Assembly (NCBI GenBank): GCA_003614675.1
Contig: ML002239.1
Coordinates: 1 to 62,192, forward strand
Reading direction: 5' to 3'
DNA length: 62,192 bases
Source: Dimargaris cristalligena
Lineage: Eukaryota
The first letter of the stretch is position 1, and every line of letters starts with the position of its first letter. Made by a program: the position numbers and the translations under genes. Shown here piece by piece: positions 29,701 to 41,310 of this stretch. The notes beneath the pieces were generated by a model. It worked only from the letters and a program-made list of their open reading frames with translations, was not told the origin of the DNA and searched no databases.

Positions 29701-32700
29701 TTACTGAAAGGGATTCTCAAAAACTATGACCAGGGGGTACTCCCCCTCCCACCCATTTGAAAGTACAATTTTCCGTCGATCTTTGATCATTAGTATTGCC
29801 AAAGGGGAATACTTGGGCAGGAGATGGAGTGAATTGCACTCTAGATGGATCAACACTCCCCCCCTTACTATCGATCTACGGGTATCGCCCATTTAGACGC
29901 TTCGTTGAATTCCGACTTTGTTGCTGCCAATCTTATCTTAAATAAGATACGCCTCCGCGGCTAACCCCAGACTGGATTTCCGGATTGATTGCTCTAATAT
30001 CTGGATCGAGGAGGCACAGCTCCCCCCAAAAAGGGAAAAAGTCCCCCCCCTTCTCCCCTGCGTAATCTCGCCCCGCCCCCCTCGGGCAATCAAAGGAATG
30101 AGGGAATTCACTGTAACTAAGTCATTCTTTCGCATCGTCAACCATTAGTCCATATTATTGATCACCTATTCGCGTATTGGTGCTATTATTCCTGAGGTGC
30201 TCGAAGATTTTCCCCTCTACGGGGCTATAAAATCTAACCTGGGTATAGAGGACATGGAAGTATGGAGTTCGATTGGAAATCCCAAGAGCCCGATTGCCTT
30301 CAGATCTCCATCTCCAATCCCAAATTCAAGTCACTAAAGACTAGTAAAATGCTCATTTTCTTGAACCAAACGAGAATATACAGACCGGCAATTTTCAATT
30401 GAACCATCGGCCTATCAGTGATTCCCAGGTAAGGATCTCACAACGCTGTTGACCGTGTCGTTCTGCCGAACACGGTACCGACCTTGCCGTAATCACTATG
30501 TGCCCCCTTTATTTGCCTTGGAACCGTTCTATATAGGGCGGTATCAGTTTTGGGAAGTTTCATAAAGCCACAAGTACAATGTCGTAAATTTCTCGGTTAT
30601 TTGAGTGAGTTACATAAAATATTTTTGTAAGTAACATGTAATACGAGAACTGGCAACCCAGGGCTATCGCTACTCAATAGTTAGGCTTGGGGTAGATATC
30701 TGAGGGTATAGTTTGCGATTTAAGACTTGCCATTAATGTCATTTGGTCGAATCTGTGGTCTATTTGATTCACGATACTAAATCAGGAAAAATTAATGACG
30801 TTGTTTCTTATTCGCTTCTAAAAAGTGGTAAACCGGGCGCGGTCTTATTATGAAGAATACCTGGTGGCTGCGTCCTAAATCCGTTTATGGGGCCCAGTGT
30901 CCCCACGTCGGCAAAAATGGGTACATTGGCGGTGACTGCACCCATCCACCTATTCACCGTCGCGCTACTGCTATATTAGGCTATATTAATTTACAAGCTC
31001 TCCCTTTTCCGGCTAAACCCCCCCGAAAATAGATGCTCACGATTAAGCGTGCCAGTCGCCGTAGTAGCTCTTCTTAGCCCACCTATATAGGGTTTAGGGG
31101 CTACTTTATTAAAGCACGGCCAAGTAAAATGCACATCCTATTTACCACCCTATTTACTGTTTTTTTAACAGTAGCGTAGAATGCCGCAATATTTATCACT
31201 GTATTGACCTACCCGTCTCCATCGAGGTCTGTTCGAAAGTTGAGCCAACCTCACGCAGTCGTGGGTAGAAATCCGGAATTCAATTTGTCTATCCTGGTCA
31301 GGAGGTCCGGTTGCAAGATTGGTTCTAAGTTACCAGTACCAATTGTCCTCGCCTATTGTTGCATACCACTAAAACGTATACCCTTATATTGGGGAGAAAT
31401 GTCTGTTATAATACTATAAATCAGCGTGTATAGATGTACCAAGCGTGGTAAAATGATCCAAAGGGGTTAAAGTGCTCCCCTATTCGTACTTCCAAGAATG
31501 AAAAGGGTATTTATCATTTAATTACTCACAACATTTCTTCTGGGGAGTGAATAAGGGGAAATAGGCCAATTCTGGCTGTATCTAAGTCCGAAAAAGCCTC
31601 CCATACCTATACTAGTACTTGTCCGCCAGGGCTAAGGGGATTGGTGGTTCAAGCAGCTAACCCCGGCCTCAAAGTATCGGGGGCACTGGCCGTAAAGGGC
31701 TATATTGAGATAATAACGATGCACGCAGAAGGATTTTTAAAGAGGGGGGTGAGAGTGGGAGACGGGGTATAATACAATTCTACGGCCCAGCACCCCACTC
31801 GTACGCAATGATATATTGTAATCTTTTTTAGGCTGATACTGCCGCCTTTGCTTCGCTATAATGGGTAATGTTTTGGCTATTCAAAAGGAATTTGTATAAA
31901 CCTGGACCCACTGGTTCCTTTCTCCCTCTCCCTCGGCTGATTTAACCAACCACTCTTTTAGTATCCTAAAACGGAATGATGTCCTTTCAAGGGGAAATAT
32001 TACCAAACCAGAGAAGTGGAAGACCACCGGCGTGGGCCCATAATCTGGACCCCCCATTGAATCAAAGGCGGTACATTTACACCGACACAGTGTCCTTTCC
32101 TGCACGTAAGCCAAGGTATATTCATAGCTAGATGTGTTCATTACCCCGCCCCCACTCCCACTCCCGCAACCGCAACCACAGCCGCACCCCCATCCACGCC
32201 CGCATACCCGTATTGATATTTTCAGTTGGAAGCGACCATCTTCGAGGTTACTCACGACACCCAGGCGTAATAATATAGGAGGGAAAATGTACCAAGCGCC
32301 TTGTTCCACGACTCAAATTTTGTGTATTTTACGCGAATAATGCAGTGCCTCCCCGAGAGAGTGCCCTTCAGGTGGACTTAGTGCGGATTATCGCTATCGG
32401 TCAATCTATCTGAGCCTCGTGTCCCTAAGTACCATTTCCCCGTTGCATCAAGTCCACGCGGTCATTCGGACCCCCCTAAAGATGAGAAACGAATGACCAT
32501 GTACTAGGTCGCGCAAAGGTTATGATGATCCCGGTGCTCCCTGTTCCATTCACAAACCATTAATTTTATAGCCCAGCAATAATAATAAAATATGATCGAC
32601 TTCCGCCCGCGTGCTGCCGTGTTGCTTCGGTAGTCCATCCGTCGGCTGGACGTACCTTTAGGCTCAGCCGTACTACGACCGTCTTCCTGACTCCATTCCC

Positions 32701-35700
32701 ACCGTTTTTCCTAGCTCTTCACCACCACCACCTTCAATCTACCCGCTTCTGCTTCCTTGGAAGCGACGATGGGGATTTCCCTTGCTTTTTAGCCCAAAGT
32801 GGGGTACTAGGAAACATCACCCGATAAGGCGGTATACCGGTGGGGCCTGCTATATGGGTGGGTACCACATGTGGAACATAATGCCTTGAGCATGGTCTGG
32901 TCAAGTGTCGAGGAGAAAGGGGGGACTGTTTAATGACGGAATCTCCTCCATAATTGATTGGCCAGTCGTCCGACACGGTGGTGAACACTGGAGTCGATTA
33001 AGGAAAGGCGGGAGGTACACGAAGGATAGGAAAATGGGAATATTGGACCGACCCTTACCCCATTTACCTAACTGTACATCCCGCTCAAGTTACCCCAGCC
33101 CGTCCGTTTGCCCACCCCCTCCTTCCCCCCCCCCTAGCCCTGCCCCACAGCCATAGTCGTGGTCGTGGCCGTAGCCGCAGCCGCATCCCAGCCATACTGG
33201 CTAATATAACGAGTGCATGATTATGTAGACAGGGGGGATGGGTGTGCTAAGTCAGCCAACCTTGCTACCGTGCAGGCTTTATACTGACCCATAAAAGACT
33301 AGGGTTGCCGAGTGACCAGATAAGGGTCTATGGGAGTGTGGGCTGGGCTCCTTTACATGGGCTAGGTCATATCCATGGGCACATTGGTCAGCAGCCCAGA
33401 CCTGTAACAAATTGGTCATTTGAATGAGTTCTTCGAATATTGGATAAAAAAACTGTTCCGTTGTTGCCCTAATCCCTCTTCTTTCTCTAACTCTTACCCT
33501 TCCCCTTTCTTGTTTTACCAACCGATAGCGAATATTACCATCAGCGCCAATCCTAGCCACTATGCTTCAAATAGTTACATTTGGGGCCACCAGTGTAACC
33601 TTGTTTTGAAGGACCTTTACTCGCTCCCCCCATATGGCACCATATCTATTCCATTCACCAAACTCTGATGCAGCGAGCATTGACCAGCCCCCTCCCCCTT
33701 TTACTAATCCTGCCGTTAATTATTAGGCGCCGCTGCCCAAGAAGACAGGACCGCAGGTGATATCAGAGAAGGGAGGGGGAGTGGGGCTGGGCGAAACCTC
33801 CGTTACTCGAGGTTTCCCCGTTCGGTAGGTCAGTCATCCATCGCAGCAATGTCCCTTTTGCCTTTATTCCAACGTGGACCTCTTAATGTGATAGCTGTGT
33901 ACCTTAAAGTGGGGCAGAATTTTCCTTGCCGAATCCTTCGTCCTCATATTCCCCACCGCCATCTCGTCAGTTTCCTCCCCATGAGAGACTACACCAGCCG
34001 AATTACAATAGACTAAATAAATATATGTGCAGTATTAGAAACCAATGAAAAAATGGCAATGTAACCATAAGATAAATGGATGTATGGAACTTGGTCCCGC
34101 TGACCCAGCCTGTCGATCGGCTTTAAGTAATATATATGACAATATATTATTTGTATATTGAATGCCGGTGTGGGTGATGGGTTTTTACGGCGGGCCCATT
34201 GTTTAATTATACTAAGAAGGCTCGACTAATATGGACACCAGACCCCGCCGCCACTTCGCCACACCAACCATCTCTAGAACCACTTCTATCCCGTCCCTTC
34301 TGGGGTGGTTCGGCCCGCAACTACGGCAATTATTTTAAATGAAATTGAGGAAAATACCTTCCCCTTTTGAATATACAGTCAATACTAAGATATTAAATTA
34401 TTGGAATGTCCCTCCTGTAAATTAATGTATATCGAATATGGGAAAAGGGCATGGCTGTAAAAATAATCATGAGGGGGGGGGGTTTGATTCTTCGACGTCA
34501 GCCGTGGGTGGATCTATCTAGCGTATCCGCCAATCCCGGCAGCCAAATCAATGAGTATAGCTTTATCAATATCAACATTTTTCACCGAAAAGGCCAGCAT
34601 AAAACACAAGAAAACATTGTCCCAATTTGGATAGCCTCCGATTGCACCGAGGCTGTTCTTAATTCCGTAACCGGAGGCTACGGACGGGCCTTCTCGCCCC
34701 TTTTTGCCCGTGGACCCAATTAGTACTGTCAAGGCGAAGCGGGGCGAGAGCTGGGGGAGGAAGGAGATGGGAGGGGGAGTTATACTAGAGATTATACTGA
34801 TTCGCCCTTTTCTCATGATAATAGACCAATATACTGAACCACAACAGATTACCTATTCTGGGATATTGTTCAAGGGCGGTCACTCCCAAGCGCAGCCCAT
34901 CGAAATGAGTGAGCTGGATGTCGAGCTATCGTGAAAATCAAATGTGTAAAAAAAACGCAGAGTGAAGCGCTGGCAAGGGTCCAAAAGAGGATATTTCAGC
35001 AATCGCTGCCAGCGGATGGGCAAAATTACGTGAGGAGCAGCGAGTGTGCCAAGGTGGACCAAGCATAGTCTAGTCCACCAGCGGGTCGGGATTCGTATAA
35101 ATACCGCCACGGTTTCCTCGTATCGTTTAAACTCTACGAATCTAGAGCCACTGTTAATTAATATCCGATTTCTTGCTACTCCCATTGTCCCTCCTCCATT
35201 TTATTGGCATCATTTTACGGCCTTATAGTGGACAGCCGCCTTATCAATCCCACTGGATTTTTCGTTTTTTAGCAATAACCACCTTGCCAATTTCACATCT
35301 TCCAACTCACTCACCCATAGAACCGAGTGATAAATATCATCGCACTTCTCCGCCCAGCCATTCTAGATCACTGACTGGCCTTTAGTTCCTCAATTAACCC
35401 CCGAGCTTTCCCTCCCCCAGCCACTCCTCCATCAAAAATACCATTGCGTAACCTAGCCTCGGCCATACGCCAGTTTTGCTCTGCCTACCCACTCGGGCGG
35501 TTACCATTTACCACCGACCTGAACTAGGTGTCCCGGTTGACTTTAGGTAAGCACTTCATTTAGGCCTATCCATCTGGCGTTCTACCAAATGGGGGAAACC
35601 GACCCATTCGGGGCGGCTGGGCTGGACAAGTACATTTTAAAGGGCACCCGTACCACCAACCGGTATGGCCAAGTTTCCGCGTTCTTTCCCCGCCTTATCG

Positions 35701-35952
35701 GTACGGATTAAAAACCGTAGAAGGTAGCACCTACGGTTGGTCAATGGTGGTAGACAGAGGGCGGGGAAGGAAAGCAGAAGGAAGTGGCGGGGTGCCCGAA
35801 TAAGAAGGTGCTGAATACTATACTCATTCGCCCACACCCACTCCGTCCTCATGCAGCAACTATTACCCACAGGCCACCTCCCCCCCTCTTCCTCCCCCCA
35901 CTCACTCACACTGGTTCCTACCCTAATCTTTGTACCCGTCACCCACTCGCCA

Positions 35953-37000
35953 TATAAAGACCCTGCCTCGCCCAGCCATCTCCCGCTTCTGCCAGCACTC
36001 ATCGATGACATCGTCGGTTCAACCCTTCCATTAACATTTCTCTCCGCCCCCTTCTCCACGTACACGATTGCCCTTTATTATATTATCTTATCCTTTGGCC
36101 CTAGCCCTCCCTCCCTACCCACCCATCAACACCAAATTTTGCAGCTCCTTCATTGAGGTCAACCAGCAATTCCTTCCAATTCGCCTCCCATTGGTGCCTT
36201 CCTCATCTATTCTATTTTGGTACTTCCCGCGTTGCCTTCTTCCCTGCCTCTACTTTTCGGGTAGTTGTATAGTGGTCGGATCCTTAGGTCACCTTCCTCG
36301 TTGGTCTATATTACCAATATCATTTGAGGATTAAACCAACATTGCTTTGTTTCACTTGACCCTCCTATTTTTTGATTTCCAACCCCTCGATAGTATATTA
36401 TCCCCCTCTTCCCCCGTTGCTTGGTCCTACCACATCGGCCTCCTTTATCTAGTAGAGTGTGGGGTATTTCAGGTCACTGCAATTCATTTCCCACCTTTTG
36501 GCTCTATCTCACGTAGCTGCTGGTTTTTGCCGAGAACAACCTAAACGGCTCCTTTGTTTGGTCCATCTCACCTCCTATCCGCCCAAGGAGCTATTCGCAT
36601 TTTCCCCAGCCCTCGCCTTAATAGATTTTTTTCCAAACTCTCAGTCCACCCTTCCTCCCTCCTTCCCCCGCCGTTGTTTTCCGACTGATTTATATCGACC
36701 GGTTTGGCTACTGAGCGACCGCCCACAGAGCCGACCCTTCCCAGTATTCACTATATTATTCCGGAGGTGTCTCTCTTTTTTTCTCCACTCCGCTTCACGT
36801 TTTCCCTATTTTCGCCACCCGACCGCGTCTTCCCATACGATTGACCCCACTCGCTGCTTTGCTTGACCCATTCACCCCCACCGAGCTGATTGTATCCGGA
36901 TAGTTTTCCACCGAAATTCCCGTCCCCTTTCTAGCCTATACTAGCTAGCCCTCCCCACACACCACTTGCACCGTTTGTATCGTTTCCAACATTCGTCACC
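35953..37000 (+). promoter_or_regulatory. TATA box and ~1-kb pyrimidine-rich 5' leader of the ubiquitin-like gene
   Basis: TATAAA at 35953-35958. I found no ATG on the + strand between ~36008 and 37000. Strong start context GTCACC-ATG. Confidence 0.65.
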
Positions 37001-40000
37001 ATGCGTCTTCAAGTCTGGGATGAGAATATTTGCGACTTTTACGCAGTCGAAGTATCGTAAGTTAATAGGGCCTTGAATTGGCGTTTATATTTCACTTGTT
37101 ATTCCCCATGGGTACCGCCGACCATGTCATGCTACGACTTAAGCTGGAAATGGACCGGAGTACCTCTTTCCAGGCCCCATTGCCTGGGCACATTAGCGCG
37201 ACCAATTTATCTTTCATTTCATTCAGCTATTTTTGGCATTCTGCCAATAGAGGTTTGGTGCCTTGGGGAGAAGTGGCTTATTGGCGTGGGTTTTCACCCA
37301 GAGTATGTTTGATTGATATTATGGCCATCCGCGGACTTTTCCAGCAGTGTATTGCCGCTTTACGTATCAATGATGTGCTCGAGTTACTCCCCCCTCCCTC
37401 ACATATCACCCCTGTCATTAGCCGGCAATCCCCCCCTCCTATACCCCTCTCTTAGCCATGCCGTTGCTGACTAGGCAAACCCAATCTCTGGTTGGCCTAA
37501 AAGCTGGGCAAATGGGCCGCCGATCCATCATATTTACCACTTTGGTGCTTTCACTAAATTCGCCATTTTTTATGGCCCGGTGGCATATTCTGGGCCGTCA
37601 CTTTCGTCGCATTTGATTACTTTACCCCTGTCCCTACCCACTGTATATACATATTTATTGGTTCCTGTTCAAGCTTGGGGACCCCTATACCAGAGCTAGA
37701 CTGCCACCTTTCATTTTTCCGGCCATTTTTATTTTTTATTTTCCAAAACCTGGCGGCCCAACGTTTTCCCAATACGGCTGCAACTTAGCGGACTTTAGCT
37801 TGGCCCACTTGGTTGTTAGTACGATTGCCACCGCCAAGCCATTAATTAATCACTGCGCTATCCAATTTGATACACTGATTAATACGCTTCGACAGAGAAG
37901 GTGTTGATCGCTCTAGTTATAGCTATATTTTATTTTATTTTACCTTCCCACATCAGCTTCTGCATTCTTCTTCTTTATTGGGCCCTTTGTTGGGATAGGA
38001 CTGTACCGTTCTCCTGCGCCATTTCATTCACCATACCGGGCTACTCTCGTTTTTTGTTTACGAGAAAGGGGAGGGGGGGGGATATAGGGATTGCCATTTG
38101 ACTCCATGATATATGGCCAAGGTGTACGCACAATCCCATTCACTCTTCTAGGCAAACTAACTAATAATGATCTCTCACTGTCACTTCTGTCATGCTCGCC
38201 TTCCGCCATCCCATATACGACGGCTCCCCGCAACTCAACCACCGCAATTGCCCTCGGATCCTTCTTCGGGACCCACCTGACTTCTATATATGGTAATTCG
38301 TTGGTCCGCCGTCTCCCACTACCCTGGGGTTCTCCTTCATACTGGCCACATGTATTGACGCTCCGCGAATGATGCACCCGTATTCGTCCATACATTCAAC
38401 AGGGCATACGACCAGGTATGGTCTATAAAACAACAAGTTAGTCAAATGCTTGGTCTTTCTCCAAACTCACTCCGGTTAGTTGACGGGTAAGTGTTAAATG
38501 TGTATTCATATATGTAAATGTAAATGGTCATTATGTATGAGTGTGGTACATTCGGTCATCGGGCCGGCTGTGGTTTGGCCCCCTCGTCAGCGAGGATACT
38601 CCGCTATGATCACCTATCCACACCCATGTGCATACACATATTTCTACCTTGTTGGACAATCGCTTGCGCTGTGCTGACTAGTATGGGTGAGAGACTACGG
38701 TGCTGTCCTCCCAATTCCCCAAGCTAGAGGGGCTCGCCGTCCATTTTTTTTTTGGATAGGGTTGCGGAAGATATGTGGAGGGGGGAGCACACGGGGGGGG
38801 GGAGAGAGGCTATGCGAGCTAGAGACCTAGACCACGCCTGGGGTAACACGAAAGCCGTGACACCCAGCCGTCGACCCTGGGTTGGTTCAGCCCAAGAGCT
38901 CACCTCTAATTGGTCTGGTGAAGGGTAATTTGCCCATAAGCCGTATCAGTGAGCTGGAACAGGGTGCCTCGGAAGAAGGAGGAGGAGTAGAAGAAGACCT
39001 CCCACATTCACACCCTTCAACCGCTCTCATTCATCCACGCTCCCGTTGCTCCTCTTTTCGCGAGACACTACTTGCCAAAGATGGTGCGAAATGGCCGATG
39101 ATTGGATAGATACCGGTTTCCACGTTGCTGTCGGGCTGTTGTTGCTACTCCCCCCTCTCCCATTGGGATTGGACTATTTACGGCATCCCCTATACGCCAC
39201 TCCATATGAGGAGTGTGGGTTCCGGTATGGACTGTGAGCCCTTTCGGTTCGATCGTCGGCTTGATCCGTAAAATTACCTCCGTCACTAAAAAATATATAT
39301 ATATATATCTAACCAATGTAAAATTTATATGTGTGATCTTCTTCTATATTTACCCTACCTGCCTAATTCAATCCGACTAATTTTGGATGGCTCTAAAATC
39401 ATGTACTACTTGGAACTACTCCCATCCCCGCCACCTCCCCCAACTCTAATACTTCCTGTCCCTCTTGCAACCGTCGTACCTGGCCTCCTCCTTAGCGACG
39501 ATGAGCTTGACGACCACCAATATATCCAAAACTGTAAGTAATTTCTGAACTTATTGAATGGCCTGATGGGCCTTTTATGTTAATCTCTAAATTGGTCCTA
39601 TAGCTTTTTTTTAAAAAAAAATGGGGCTTGAGTGGGGAGGACACGTGTGACCGGAGCTTTCCTTTTTAAGGCACACAGTTATTCAGCGACGCAGGCATTT
39701 GTAGCTGATTCATACCCACTATGCTTCAGCGCATGTCTCTCGCCGAACGCTTTCCCAGAGCTCACCGCTGTACCATTCGTGACTGTCAGGATCCCCCCCC
39801 CACCACCCATACAACCTCCCGGCAAACACCCACTATATTCTCTACGTATGGGATACACCCGACATCCCCTCATTCTTTGCCCACCATACCAGCGTTTTTG
39901 TGGGCGGGCAGGAAATAGATTGGCGGAGCAAGCGGCTTGGGGGGAGGGGATCTACTCTAGCCACATCGCCTCTTTTCCCCATCTGTACATTGCGTGGACG

Positions 40001-40199
40001 TAAGAGAGATACGCCCGTGCTCACATTAATGCCCACCTGGCATTAGTGTCGGCCCTCACTGACTGGAATTCCTATGCACATGACTAATGGTTGATCCATC
40101 ATCCGGTTTATTTTTATTCATCCATTATCGATTGGTAATACCCCCCCTCCATACTTAGGTCAATTTGAGGAGGACGATTCTATCCATGTTTATTACTGA
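37001..40199 (+). CDS. Divergent ubiquitin-like (beta-grasp) protein, 72 aa, C-terminal YY, no di-Gly
   Basis: Exons 37001-37056, 38403-38486, 39496-39533, 40159-40199. All donors are GTAAGT, acceptors CAG/TAG/TAG, phases 2/2/1 compatible. Product: MRLQVWDENICDFYAVEVSAYDQVWSIKQQVSQMLGLSPNSLRLVDGDDELDDHQYIQNCQFEEDDSIHVYY*. It matches the ubiquitin fold pattern (EV...D.....K.......G..P...RL......L.D...H). Confidence 0.88.
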
Positions 40200-41174
40200 T
40201 TCAATGCAGCATTCTTGGGAATAACAAACGTCGGCACTCCGATCATCCAAAGCCCAGTGATAATTCGGCGATCATCGCATCCGGCCAGTCTTTTCTAGGC
40301 TAGACTGCCTCTGAGCATCGTTCACTGCCCCCCCTAGAAAAAAATAGCCCCCCACCCGCATATTCCACCTGCAATTCATCCATAGTGCCCATCCCCACCA
40401 ATTTAGTCGGCTGGGCCAATGGTCACTGCTATACAACCCGCGGCCGTTACCGAGGTTTCCTCGTATAATGTGTTTCACCTTACTCTTCCCACTCCCACTC
40501 CCCTCCCAAAATTTTTTGTACTTGTCTTCTATTCTGATGGTCCATGGCCGCACCGTAGATGTTTTTAGTAGATATATATAGATATACATATAGTTAGTTA
40601 AGTTAGCATATTAGAATATACACCCATCTGTCACTTTTTTCATTTTTTCATTTTCCACTTGTTAAACCCGTAATCGACCAATTCAGCTATATTTTTACCG
40701 CCTTTCAATGTAACGTGTTTCGTGCTTTCATCCGAAGGCACCAAGCTGCATTATTTATGCGCTTGTGTTAATTTTTTATTTCCGTAATGACCATCAGACA
40801 TTGTTTTTATCACCCTCTCTCTCATTTTTATTTTATTTTTAAATCGGCGGTTTAAATTAATTACAAAATTTCATAGGCTACGTGATTGTTCAGACCTTGT
40901 CATCTGACCATGCGTAAACCTCATCCTATCATAAAGACGTGTTTGTTCCAAGTGTCCACTTCCAGTTGTTTTATGAGGTGGTGCGGTACAATCCCCGTAC
41001 CCAATGGGATGGTGTCCATTTTGGGGGTAGCCGCTATAGGTTGCAATTGTAAAAATATTTTCTCAAGAATTCATTAAAGATGTCTCGAATTGGACAGAAT
41101 TCGGGGTATCTTAATGATAATAATTGGATAGCCACAGGGATGTCTGGTTTCATTTGCACTGCATTTCTATATAT

Positions 41175-41310
41175 GGGAGAGGTTCAACCAAGCTGTAGAG
41201 CGAAAAATCCATTTGATGAGGCAAATACTACTGGTTGAAAATAAGCATCCCACCGATTTTCCCATACACATATCGGTTAAAACCTTATACAACTAAGCTG
41301 CACTTCACCC
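41175..41310. mobile_element. MITE family B copy
   Basis: ATAT-GGGAGAGGTTCAACC...GCACTTCACCC-ATAT, 136 bp. Confidence 0.88.

Noticed and set aside
37884-37900. U6 snRNA-like ACAGAGAAG in UBL intron 1
   Set aside because: Only the short box matches; the flanking U6 sequence is absent.
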